This document shows, piece by piece, positions 8,919 to 17,028 of a DNA stretch of 64,000 nucleotides. The DNA comes from an uncultured Coriobacteriaceae bacterium (lineage in GTDB: Bacteria > Actinomycetota > Coriobacteriia > Coriobacteriales > Atopobiaceae), in NCBI GenBank assembly GCA_902793465.1, contig CADBDT010000007.1, positions 14,322 to 78,321 on the forward strand, written 5' to 3'. Under the pieces are notes generated by a model, which worked only from the letters and a program-made list of their open reading frames with translations, did not search any database and was not told the origin of the DNA. Position numbers and translations under genes: made by a program. How positions within the stretch are numbered: position 1 is the stretch's first letter; each line of letters begins with the position of its first letter.

Positions 8919-10244
8919 CTACCCTCTGTGCAAAAACACCGCAGCCGTACCGGAGTCGCAGCGAACGAGCGCGCGGTCGTCTTCCACGACGTTAGAGACG
9001 CCTCTTGGCGCAAGCACACCCATTGCCTCATGGTCCAGATTCCAGACCATTCCCATCTCGGTCACGCTTGTGTTTGCATCAATGGGTATTACCGAAAGCG
9101 TTGCGCCGGCACGCCCTTCGATGCTCCAGGTGTCTTGTCCAAGTGGCGAAAGCACCTTGCACTCGAAGGAGTCCTCGCTAAGGGTTGGGCACACGTCTGC
9201 ATTTGCCGCCAGCGTGCCATAGACGCCCAGAGCATGATCCGCTCGTCCCCCAGAGGCACACGTAAGCGTGAGTCGCAATGCGGCGCCGCGATTGTCCGCC
9301 TCGTCGCGTGCCAACAGTATGGCGAGCTCCAAGTCGGGGCAGTCCTTTGCCGTGGGATAAACGTCCATCGGGACGCCGTGCTGTAGCGCCCAGGCTATTG
9401 CCTCTGCGCTCCCGGAGTCCTTGTCACCACAGTATGCATTTACAGTTGCATTTGCCCGTTGCAGTACGTCTAGTCCTCCGTCTGCCGCGACCACGAAGTC
9501 TGCCTGCTTTGCGATGGCAGATACGTGTGCGGACGAACTCGGCTCTGGAGAGCCGGCAACCACGAGCGCATCCATAACGCGCGGGCTCAAGGCTTCGAGG
9601 TCCCTTGCGCTAAGGCCAACGTATGTTTTGCAAACAAGCGTGGCCCACTTGTGCATAAAGCCCTCGTCGCGTCCGTCGTGGTCGTTAAGAATGGCGACCG
9701 TGGGCATCCCTGCCCTCACGGCAGACCGAACGCCAAACGGAGCGTCCTCGAACACCCATGTATCCTCTTTAGCAAACCCCAGTTTTCTGCATGCGGCTAA
9801 GTAGCAGTCACTGTATTCCTTGCCTCGGCCCACGTCGCCCACGAACAGAAGGTCGTCAAAGTACTCCAGCAGATCATGGTCCTCAAGCGCCTCACGCAGC
9901 AGGCTGGTTGGTGTGGAGCTTAGCGTAATGCAGGGAACACCGCACGATCTAAGCTCCTCCAGGAACTCCCGCGCTCCCTCGTAGGGTCTCACGTCCCTGC
10001 GATACGCTGCCCTCACGCTTTCCCAAAGCTCATCCAAAAGAGCCTCGCCGCTCTTGCCTATTCCAAGGTTCTCGTGGTACCAAAAGCACTTTTTGTCCAT
10101 ATCCAACGACTCGTGCTCTTCGAACACCTTTTGTGCATCGTGTACGCCGTAGCGTTCCAAAAGCCCCACGCACTGCTCTGTCCACATGGGCATCGAGTCC
10201 AATAGCGTTCCGTCGCAATCGAATATCGCTCCTCGCAAAGCCAT
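8919..10244 (-). CDS. Fusion protein: HAD-family phosphatase (N-terminal) plus thiamine diphosphokinase (C-terminal)
   Basis: HAD motif I AIFDCDGTLLDS at the N-terminus. The C-terminal half has a TPK-like VAADGG...YCGDKDSGS. Start set at ATG 10244 (AGGAG 7 nt upstream), because the ORF-track extension to 10451 overlaps the divergent fmdB-like gene. Confidence 0.8.
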   Translation of the reverse strand: MALRGAIFDCDGTLLDSMPMWTEQCVGLLERYGVHDAQKVFEEHESLDMDKKCFWYHENLGIGKSGEALLDELWESVRAAYRRDVRPYEGAREFLEELRSCGVPCITLSSTPTSLLREALEDHDLLEYFDDLLFVGDVGRGKEYSDCYLAACRKLGFAKEDTWVFEDAPFGVRSAVRAGMPTVAILNDHDGRDEGFMHKWATLVCKTYVGLSARDLEALSPRVMDALVVAGSPEPSSSAHVSAIAKQADFVVAADGGLDVLQRANATVNAYCGDKDSGSAEAIAWALQHGVPMDVYPTAKDCPDLELAILLARDEADNRGAALRLTLTCASGGRADHALGVYGTLAANADVCPTLSEDSFECKVLSPLGQDTWSIEGRAGATLSVIPIDANTSVTEMGMVWNLDHEAMGVLAPRGVSNVVEDDRALVRCDSGTAAVFLHRG

Positions 10245-10340
10245 GTTTGCAGCTCCTAACCTCGGATGGTTGGCCACCTCTTTCCGCTTCGTATGGTAAG
10301 CTATTGCATCGGAATTTTGAACATTGCCGAAGGGAACCAC

Positions 10341-10622
10341 ATGGCTCGTTACGATTATCGCTGCCCCGCTTGCGGAATTCAATTTGAGGTGGAACATCCC
10401 ATGGCCGAACATCCCACGATTACCTGTCCCGAATGTGGGAACGAGGCCCAACAGGTGTTTGGTGCGTCGGGCATCGTGTTTAAGGGCTCGGGCTTCTATA
10501 ACACCGACCAGCGTGGCAAGTCTGGCGCGACCAGTGCCACAAGCTCGTCTTCCACGTCGTCGTCAGATTCCAAGAGCACCAACTCAAAGGCAACCTCTTC
10601 CGCCAAGTCCTCTGATAAATAA
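10341..10622 (+). CDS. FmdB-family zinc-ribbon protein
   Basis: MARYDYRCPACGIQFEVEHPMAEHPTITCPECG is the FmdB/CxxC_CxxC_SSSS signature, followed by a Ser-rich tail. Start refined to the internal ATG. Confidence 0.85.
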   Translation: MARYDYRCPACGIQFEVEHPMAEHPTITCPECGNEAQQVFGASGIVFKGSGFYNTDQRGKSGATSATSSSSTSSSDSKSTNSKATSSAKSSDK

Positions 10623-10623
10623 T

Positions 10624-10813
10624 GCGCCCGCGACGCGCTCCCGACGGCGTCATGGCTCTCGTGCATGCTCAGCGCTCGCTGCGCTCGTGATTCGCGCCCG
10701 CGGTGCGCTCGCGCTTGAGCCCGGGCTCTCTTGCATGCTCAGCGCTCGCTGCGCTCGCTCACTCGCTTCGCTCGTGATTCGCTGCAAGAGAGTCCGGGCT
10801 CAAGCGCGAGCGC
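10624..10813. repeat. Composite intergenic repeat: 69-bp tandem duplication plus a 31-bp inverted repeat
   Basis: GCGCCCGCGRYGCGCTC and GGCTCTCKTGCATGCTCAGCGCTCGCTGCGCTCG each recur with period 69. The arms 10705-10735 and 10783-10813 are complementary at 30 of 31 positions. Confidence 0.85.
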
Positions 10814-10830
10814 GTGGAATTCGCCAGCTG

Positions 10831-10868
10831 GGGACCACGGGTTAGGGACAGTCCCTTAGTTGTGGTCC
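10831..10868. repeat. Hairpin spanning the rsmB stop codon, related to the outer arms of the 52.5-kb repeat
   Basis: GGACCACGGGTTAGGGAC-A-GTCCCTTAGTTGTGGTCC. It shares GACCAC..GGGACAGYCCC..TAAG with 52510-52535, and GTTTGTGGTC with 50391-50400. Confidence 0.7.
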
Positions 10869-12211
10869 TCTGTCTTGTTTCTTAATGCGGCGCAGAAGTG
10901 GCCGTCGGGGCCGTTTACCGTTGGTATGGATACAAACGGCTCCCCTGTCAGCTCGAACTCCGAACCCTCTTTGCTGTTGAGAAAAGCCCTCACAACCTGC
11001 TCGTCCTCCTGTTTGAGCACAGAGCACGTCGCATAGTAGAGCAGTCCATGCGGCGCCACTCTTGCCGACGCGGCCTTTAGCATCCTGAGCTGCAGTGACG
11101 AGAGGTTATCTATGCTTGTGCGACCGAGCTTCCAGGGTATTTCGGGATGGCGTCGCATGGTTCCGGTGCCAGAGCATGGTGCGTCCACAAACACGATATC
11201 GAACGAGCCCGATAGGGACGCAGGAATGTTGTTGCTCGCAAGCGCGAGCGCGTCAAACACATGGCATTGTACGCAGTTTTGCACACCCGCACGAACCATA
11301 CGCTCTTGCGCCACGCGAACCTTGAATTCCTCGACGTCCACGCCGGTTATAGAAAGCTTTGCGCCTGCGCGTAGTGAGGCATTTTGCATAAGGATCGACT
11401 TTGTTCCCCGACCCTGGCCCACTTCCAACATGCGTGCATCGCACTCAGGTGCCACCATACGTGCTATGCGCTGGGCCGAAAGATCGCTTACCACTACCGT
11501 GGCGTCTTCCACCATGCCTGAGGTCGCAAGGCCAGAGGGGGCGTTTAGCCTAATTGCGCAAGCATCTTCTGGATGGGGCTCGAGGCCTGCCTCCTCTAGC
11601 ATGCGCATAACGTCCTGGACGGTATTTAATGCCTCGTTTGGCGCTACGTATATTGGAGCAGGCTCCAACGCGGATAGCGCAAGCCCATGCACCGCCGATG
11701 CACCACGATCTTGCGCGACTTGTTCGAGCAGCCATCCTGGATAGCCGCTTGTAAGAGCGAGCTCATCTGTGTTTGCGTTGCCGCCACGAACGTGCGCCAG
11801 GGATTCGTTGCGTTCTTGCACGCCGTTCGTTGCCACCTTTCGCAACACGGCGTTTGTAAGTCCTGTGGCCCTCGGAGCTGTTGTTCGCACGAGCTCGACC
11901 GCCTGGCTTACCGCAGCAGACTGAGGCGTATCCAAAAACATGAGCTCGTATGTTCCCAAACGCAGCGCATCGCGCACCTTTGGCTCAAGGCGTCCACGAT
12001 GTATATACGCGTTAACGCAAGCATCCAGCATTCCCACGCTCGCCTGAACACCCAGCACGAGCTTCGTTGCGAGAGCCTTGTCGCGAGCCTCCAGCGATAT
12101 GAACTCCTTTGAGGAACGTAGCACCTCACGCGCACGGGCATCCCTGCGCCTTATCTCGCCCAGTACCTTGAACGCTGCCATGCGAGAGCGAGACACGCGC
12201 GCATTGGCCAC
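10856..12211 (-). CDS. rsmB: 16S rRNA (cytosine967-C5)-methyltransferase RsmB (NusB-like N-terminus)
   Basis: DAPCSGTGTMRRHPE and YATCS catalytic motifs. Start placed at GTG 12211, directly after the fmt stop (alternative ATG at 12181). The ORF-track start at 12331 overlaps fmt. Confidence 0.88.
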   Translation of the reverse strand: MANARVSRSRMAAFKVLGEIRRRDARAREVLRSSKEFISLEARDKALATKLVLGVQASVGMLDACVNAYIHRGRLEPKVRDALRLGTYELMFLDTPQSAAVSQAVELVRTTAPRATGLTNAVLRKVATNGVQERNESLAHVRGGNANTDELALTSGYPGWLLEQVAQDRGASAVHGLALSALEPAPIYVAPNEALNTVQDVMRMLEEAGLEPHPEDACAIRLNAPSGLATSGMVEDATVVVSDLSAQRIARMVAPECDARMLEVGQGRGTKSILMQNASLRAGAKLSITGVDVEEFKVRVAQERMVRAGVQNCVQCHVFDALALASNNIPASLSGSFDIVFVDAPCSGTGTMRRHPEIPWKLGRTSIDNLSSLQLRMLKAASARVAPHGLLYYATCSVLKQEDEQVVRAFLNSKEGSEFELTGEPFVSIPTVNGPDGHFCAALRNKTEDHN

Positions 12212-12213
12212 AG

Positions 12214-13128
12214 CTACGCCCTCTCCCAGGTAATGTTTACACCACGAAGGCCGCTGGCCCAAGACGAGGCGTCCATCTCTCGTTTGCCGTCGGGCTTTAT
12301 GCGAAGCAGCTCCAGCGCACCCTCGCCGCATCCCAAAACGACCTCGCCCTTGCGAACATAAACGGCGCCCTTGTCAACGTCTTTTGCATATACGCGCGCG
12401 TCGAGCACGCGCAATCCTCTTCCTGCAACCATCGCACGTGCCGGAGCCGCGTCGAGCGACGCCTTTACTCTGCGAAGATTGACCATGGCGGGGTCTTTGG
12501 GATCAAGCAGCATCTCGTGCTTCTCGACCTTTGCCGCATACGTTGCCAAGGCCGCGTCCTGCTCTGTCCACACCGCCGTACCCTGCTCAATTTGTTCCAG
12601 CGCATCAATAAGCTCGCTCGCGCCCAAATTTGCCAGTTCGTCCATAACCTGGACACACGGCTTGTTTTCTATGGCCAAACTCGCCTGGCTGCAATACGGG
12701 CCGGCATCCAAATCGTGCACAATGCGCATAATGGAAACGCCGGCAAACTCGTCTCCCTCAAGCACCGCACGCTGTATGGGCGCGGCGCCACGACCACGAG
12801 GCAGCAGCGAGGCGTGTACATTTACGGTTCCCAGCGTCGGTATTTCCAGTAGCTCGTCCGGAAGAATCGCGCCGTACGCCGCCACGCAGATTATCTGCGG
12901 CTGCACGCCTGAAATGTGCTCAATCTCCTCGTTGCCAATCCGCCTTGTTTCCAATACGGACAGCCCAAGCTCCTGGGCTGCAGCCTTTACCGGCGACGGC
13001 TGCAGGCGCCTTCCGCGCCCGCGCACGGCATCAGGCCGCGTAACCACAAGCTCGACGTCATGTTCCTTTGCAAGGGCACGAAGTGACGGAACGGCAAACG
13101 AGGGAGTTCCCATAAAGACAACACGCAT
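12214..13128 (-). CDS. fmt: Methionyl-tRNA formyltransferase
   Basis: MRVVFMGTPSFAVPSL and HASLLPRGRGAAPIQRAV motifs. Confidence 0.95.
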   Translation of the reverse strand: MRVVFMGTPSFAVPSLRALAKEHDVELVVTRPDAVRGRGRRLQPSPVKAAAQELGLSVLETRRIGNEEIEHISGVQPQIICVAAYGAILPDELLEIPTLGTVNVHASLLPRGRGAAPIQRAVLEGDEFAGVSIMRIVHDLDAGPYCSQASLAIENKPCVQVMDELANLGASELIDALEQIEQGTAVWTEQDAALATYAAKVEKHEMLLDPKDPAMVNLRRVKASLDAAPARAMVAGRGLRVLDARVYAKDVDKGAVYVRKGEVVLGCGEGALELLRIKPDGKREMDASSWASGLRGVNITWERA

Positions 13129-13142
13129 GCGATGCCCCTTTC

Positions 13143-13688
13143 CTATTCGTCTGCCTCCACGTCGCCAGGACGCGCGCCCGCCGCGAGCGCCTCCTCGAAC
13201 TCATGCATCTTGCGCATGCGGGCGAGCGGCTTGAGGTGATCCACCATGGTGATGCCGTGCAGGTGATCTATCTCGTGTTGCAGGCATATTGCCATAAGGT
13301 TGTCCGACGCCTCGTAGCGCATAAGGTCGCCATCGAGGTTGCGTGCCTCCACCACCACGTGGCTGGGGCGCGATACGCGCACCGTAATGCCGGGGAACGA
13401 GAGGCAGCCCTCGCCGGTCTCGCGCTCCTCTCCGTCCGCAACGATTATGCGTGGGTTAACGAGCACGTAGGGGTTCTTCTTGGTCTTGGTGTAATCCACA
13501 TCGATAACCACCAGCTGCACGAGCTCTCCGACCTGCGGAGCAGCCAGTCCGCAGCCCTCGGTCGCATACATGTCTTCGAGCATTCTTTCCGCCAGGCTTC
13601 GAATGTCGTCGGTTATCTCCTCGATGGGGGCGCACTCCGTCTTGAGCCTGTCGTCGGGCGCCAATACGATGTCGTCAATAGATGCCAT
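13143..13688 (-). CDS. def: Peptide deformylase
   Basis: GLAAPQVG, EGCLSFPG and HEIDHLHG motifs. Confidence 0.95.
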   Translation of the reverse strand: MASIDDIVLAPDDRLKTECAPIEEITDDIRSLAERMLEDMYATEGCGLAAPQVGELVQLVVIDVDYTKTKKNPYVLVNPRIIVADGEERETGEGCLSFPGITVRVSRPSHVVVEARNLDGDLMRYEASDNLMAICLQHEIDHLHGITMVDHLKPLARMRKMHEFEEALAAGARPGDVEADE

Positions 13689-13799
13689 GGGCCAACCTCC
13701 TGTTGGTCTTTCGTTCAGTCGTGGTAATTGTAACCGTCACAGGCTGGTTTTTACCAACGTATCGAACCTCCACATACAATGCGGTGTGTACCGTACGGC

Positions 13800-13921
13800 G
13801 CCGGGGGCCGGGACGGGGACGGCCCAGAAGTGGCCCGTGCTCAAACAGTCCTCGCATCGCTTCGCTCGCTGCGGAACTGCGCGCGGGCTCACTTCCGGAC
13901 CGCCCCCGTCCCGGTCCCCGC
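13800..13921. repeat. Family-1 structured repeat, copy A (forward orientation)
   Basis: Cores CCGTGCTCAAACAGTCCTC and TGCGGAACTGCGCGCGG, flanked by G/C-rich complementary arms (GGGGGCCGGGACGGGGACGG / CCGCCCCCGTCCCGGTCCCC). It ends 24 nt after the priA stop. Confidence 0.85.
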
Positions 13922-13945
13922 TTTATCCCTTTATGCTTGCTCCAC

Positions 13946-16264
13946 TTACATAAGGTCATGGGCATCCACGTCTACCGCAACGCTTATGCCATGGGGGATG
14001 GACGCTTCGCGCATGCACGTGCCCAGCAGCTCGCCCACGTTCGACGCTACGGGAGACCTAACTACAAAGTGCTTGCGTACCCTGTCCTTAATGCGGGACT
14101 TTATGCAGTCTGCCGGACCAACGACCTCCCAGCCGCACTCCGATCCCACGCACTCTCTTACCCGTTGGGCAAGACTTTGGCAGGTGGACTCCACCTGTTT
14201 GATGTTGCGTCCCCATACCGTAACGTTGGAAAGTCGCGTATAGGGCGGATATCCGGCCGCAGACCGCTCGGAAAGCTCCGCCTCCAAAAAGAGAGACCTG
14301 TTGTGCTGGACTGCCGCTTGTATGGCAGGGTGAGCCGCCCAATATGACTGCACGATTACCTTGCCACGGCGGCTACCGCGACCGGCGCGACCCGCAACCT
14401 GCTCCAGCAGGTCGTATGTTCTCTCCCCCGCCCTAAAGTCGGGAAGCTTAAGGGTGGTGTCGGCATTTATTACACCCACAAGCGTTACGTCGGGAAAATC
14501 GAGTCCCTTGGCTATCATTTGCGTGCCAACGAGTATTGCGCACTCGGACACGTCGAAACTTTCCAGTATACGCTGGTGAGCGCCCTTGGCCTGCGTTGTG
14601 TCCGCGTCCATTCGGAGCACGTCTACGGCAAGGCCTCCGCACTCGCGCGCTATGAGCGCATTGAGCTCGTCTTCGACTCGCTGCGTTCCCACACCAAAGG
14701 CGCCCATGTACCTGCTTCCACAGTTGGGGCACTGCGTTGCCGGATCCGGCCAGGCACGTATGGGCCACCCTCGTCCGCAGGTATGGCACGCTAGCATGTG
14801 ATTGCGTTCGTGATAGGTAAGCGAGGTGGAGCAGTGCGGACATTCCGGCACACATCCGCACTCGCGGCACATAAGAAAGCTGGCAAAGCCACGTCGGTTG
14901 AGCATGAGCACGGCCTTTTCGCGCCGCGCGACCACGTCTTTAATTGCCTCCACAAGAGGCGCAGAGAACACCGAGCGTCCTCCCCTGCTAAACTGCTCGG
15001 CCATGTTTACGGCCTGCACCTCGGGCATCATAGCCTCACCAGGCCGTTCGGGCATGCTCACGCGCGTCCAATGCACGCCTCGCCATGTAGCGCCATCGCA
15101 CCTGTAAAGACTCTCGAGCGAAGGTGTGGCCGATCCGAGCACCAGCGCGCACCCGCGCATGCGCGCAAGCTCTGCCGCAACCTCGCGCGCATGGTAGCGC
15201 GGCGCATTGTCCTGCTTGTACGAGCCCTCGTGTTCCTCGTCGATTATTATGAGCCCCACGTTGGAAAGGGGCGCAAAGAGCGCCGACCGCGCGCCAACGA
15301 CCACACGCGCCTCGCCGCGTCGCACCATATCCCATTGATCGTAACGCTCCCCCACCGAAAGCCTTGAATGAAGCACCGACACGCTTTGGCCAAACCGTGC
15401 CCTAAAGCGCCCTACGGTCTGTGCGGTAAGCGAGATCTCGGGCACGAGCACAATGGCGCCCTTGCCATCTAGAAGCGACTCCTCGATTGCCTGCAGGTAC
15501 ACCTCGGTCTTTCCGGAGCCCGTAACTCCGTCCACGAGCACGACGTCACCCAACGCCCTACGACGGGCGTCGCGTATGGCATCGAGTGCGCAGACCTGCC
15601 CATCCGTAAGCGACTGCGGCCTTGGCGATCGTGCAGACGAAAGCGTGGTGTGTTCCTGACCCCTAACGTGGCGTCTTTCCACAACCTCCACGATACCCTT
15701 TTTCTGCAGTCCGCGCACCGTGGCAGACGCACCCGCAATAATGGCATTGAGCTCGACCATGCGCACCGGCCCGGCTTGCAGCGCATCTATAAGCGCTCTT
15801 TGCCGCGACGCATTTGCACGCGGAACGTATTCTGCCGCGGCGTCGGACAGCATTACCCATCTGTCGTCTATGGGCTTCGCGCCCCTGTCCTCCAGCTCCC
15901 ACTTTCCCGATTCGTCGTTTCGACGTACGCGCACCTTCTGCCCGGGAGCAAGAAAAAGTCGCAGTGCGTCGCATGGATTGCATGCGTACTCGCGAGCTAT
16001 CCAGTCTGCGAGCTTAGAGCCAACGGAGTCGAAAGCAGACTCTGCCAAAAGCTGTTGTACGGGAAGTATGCTCGTAGTTGTCATCTGTGCTGGAACAGTG
16101 TCGCACAGAGAAACCACATAGCCGACAACCGGCCTCTTTCCAAACGTTATCAATACCGTCGCACCTACGTCCACACGGCCTTCGAGCTCTGCGGGTACCG
16201 CATACACGTAGGAATCATGCAGCGCTCTGGTTGATATGTCGGGAATAATGGACGCATATTGCAT
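13946..16264 (-). CDS. priA: Primosomal protein N' (replication restart helicase PriA)
   Basis: Walker A DGVTGSGKTEVY, DEEH box IIIDEEHE, and zinc cluster CRECGCVPECPHC...CHTCG. Start set at ATG 16264 (GGTGG 6 nt upstream); a TTG at 16276 is an alternative. Confidence 0.93.
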   Translation of the reverse strand: MQYASIIPDISTRALHDSYVYAVPAELEGRVDVGATVLITFGKRPVVGYVVSLCDTVPAQMTTTSILPVQQLLAESAFDSVGSKLADWIAREYACNPCDALRLFLAPGQKVRVRRNDESGKWELEDRGAKPIDDRWVMLSDAAAEYVPRANASRQRALIDALQAGPVRMVELNAIIAGASATVRGLQKKGIVEVVERRHVRGQEHTTLSSARSPRPQSLTDGQVCALDAIRDARRRALGDVVLVDGVTGSGKTEVYLQAIEESLLDGKGAIVLVPEISLTAQTVGRFRARFGQSVSVLHSRLSVGERYDQWDMVRRGEARVVVGARSALFAPLSNVGLIIIDEEHEGSYKQDNAPRYHAREVAAELARMRGCALVLGSATPSLESLYRCDGATWRGVHWTRVSMPERPGEAMMPEVQAVNMAEQFSRGGRSVFSAPLVEAIKDVVARREKAVLMLNRRGFASFLMCRECGCVPECPHCSTSLTYHERNHMLACHTCGRGWPIRAWPDPATQCPNCGSRYMGAFGVGTQRVEDELNALIARECGGLAVDVLRMDADTTQAKGAHQRILESFDVSECAILVGTQMIAKGLDFPDVTLVGVINADTTLKLPDFRAGERTYDLLEQVAGRAGRGSRRGKVIVQSYWAAHPAIQAAVQHNRSLFLEAELSERSAAGYPPYTRLSNVTVWGRNIKQVESTCQSLAQRVRECVGSECGWEVVGPADCIKSRIKDRVRKHFVVRSPVASNVGELLGTCMREASIPHGISVAVDVDAHDLM

Positions 16265-16284
16265 ATAAACCACCAATGCAACAA

Positions 16285-16340
16285 CGAGAGGGAGCGCCCG
16301 CGATACCTGCTCGCAAACAGGCTCGCGGCACTCCCCCTCG
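16285..16340 (-). terminator. Long imperfect hairpin between the lipoprotein gene and priA
   Basis: Minus strand reads CGAGGGGGAGTGCCGCGAGCCTG-TTTGCGAG-CAGGTATCGCGGGCGCTCCCTCTCG followed by TTGTTG. It starts 19 nt after the lipoprotein stop. Confidence 0.35.
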
Positions 16341-16358
16341 CATACCTTCGTTTAGCTG

Positions 16359-16979
16359 CTACTCAGATTCCTCCGTCTGCTCGGCCTTTGCCGTGGAGGC
16401 GCTGGACTCGTTTGCTGCCTCCTCGTTTGTGCTCGAGCTGGATTCCTGCGCTGAGTTCTGCGCCGTTGCGGATTGGCTGCTGCTCGCCGAGGCACTCGAG
16501 CTGGCACTGTTGGCACTGCTCGTGCTTGCGGCGGCAGGCTGCTGCGGCGGCACGCCATCGGACTTCTTCATTGTTATGGAAGAGTTGGCGGCCTCCATTA
16601 CCAGCTTGTCTCCCTCGAGCTTCATGCTCTGCTCAGAGGCCATGCCATTACCTCCGGTGCCTTGGGCGGCATTGTCGAGCGTCAGCTTCGCATTCGTGGC
16701 ATCCTTTGCGGTCCACTTTGCCGTTACCGGCGTGCCATACATGCTTAGCTGGGCGTTGCCGTCTTCGCCGAGCGTAAGGTATATGCTCAGGCCGGCCTCC
16801 TTGAGCTTGGCAATGTCCTCGGCCGAGAACGTCTGGCCATTGCTATTCATGCTCTCCAGTTCCCAGGTTCCCGCAAAGTTCTTCTTGCCCTGCTCTGCGG
16901 CATTGGCGCAGCCGAACAACGCCACCGCCGCCGCCACTACGCAAGCGATCCCCACGAGAAACATCTTTGCCTTACGCAT
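16359..16979 (-). CDS. Lipoprotein (lipocalin-like body, Ser/Ala-rich acidic tail)
   Basis: Signal peptide MRKAKMFLVGIACVVAAAVALFGC with lipobox LFGC. Start refined to ATG 16979, preceded by GGAGG/AAGGA. Confidence 0.75.
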   Translation of the reverse strand: MRKAKMFLVGIACVVAAAVALFGCANAAEQGKKNFAGTWELESMNSNGQTFSAEDIAKLKEAGLSIYLTLGEDGNAQLSMYGTPVTAKWTAKDATNAKLTLDNAAQGTGGNGMASEQSMKLEGDKLVMEAANSSITMKKSDGVPPQQPAAASTSSANSASSSASASSSQSATAQNSAQESSSSTNEEAANESSASTAKAEQTEESE

Positions 16980-17028
16980 ATTCCTTATAACCTCCGTCAA
17001 TCAACTTGGCGCAATACGTCTTTTTTCG

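Noticed and set aside
8919-10451. N-terminal extensions offered by the ORF track for several genes (8919-10451, 25343-26782, 29934-32723, 32537-34060, 36443-37954, 46910-48217, 57449-58363, 50201-52267, 21729-22862).
   Set aside because: The extensions overlap neighbouring genes or repeats and lack Shine-Dalgarno sequences. In each case an internal start with a good GGAGG-like site begins exactly where family-typical N-terminal sequence starts.
13570-13953. Recurrent peptide strings in the ORF track (RCGTARG in 13570-13953, 45288-46952 and 55720-56142; QPRAVPQ in 50201-52267 and 52537-53328), which could suggest a small repeated gene.
   Set aside because: They are simply translations of the invariant family-1 repeat core in the two orientations. 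The sequence on either side differs completely between copies, there are no consistent start or stop codons, and there is no Shine-Dalgarno sequence.
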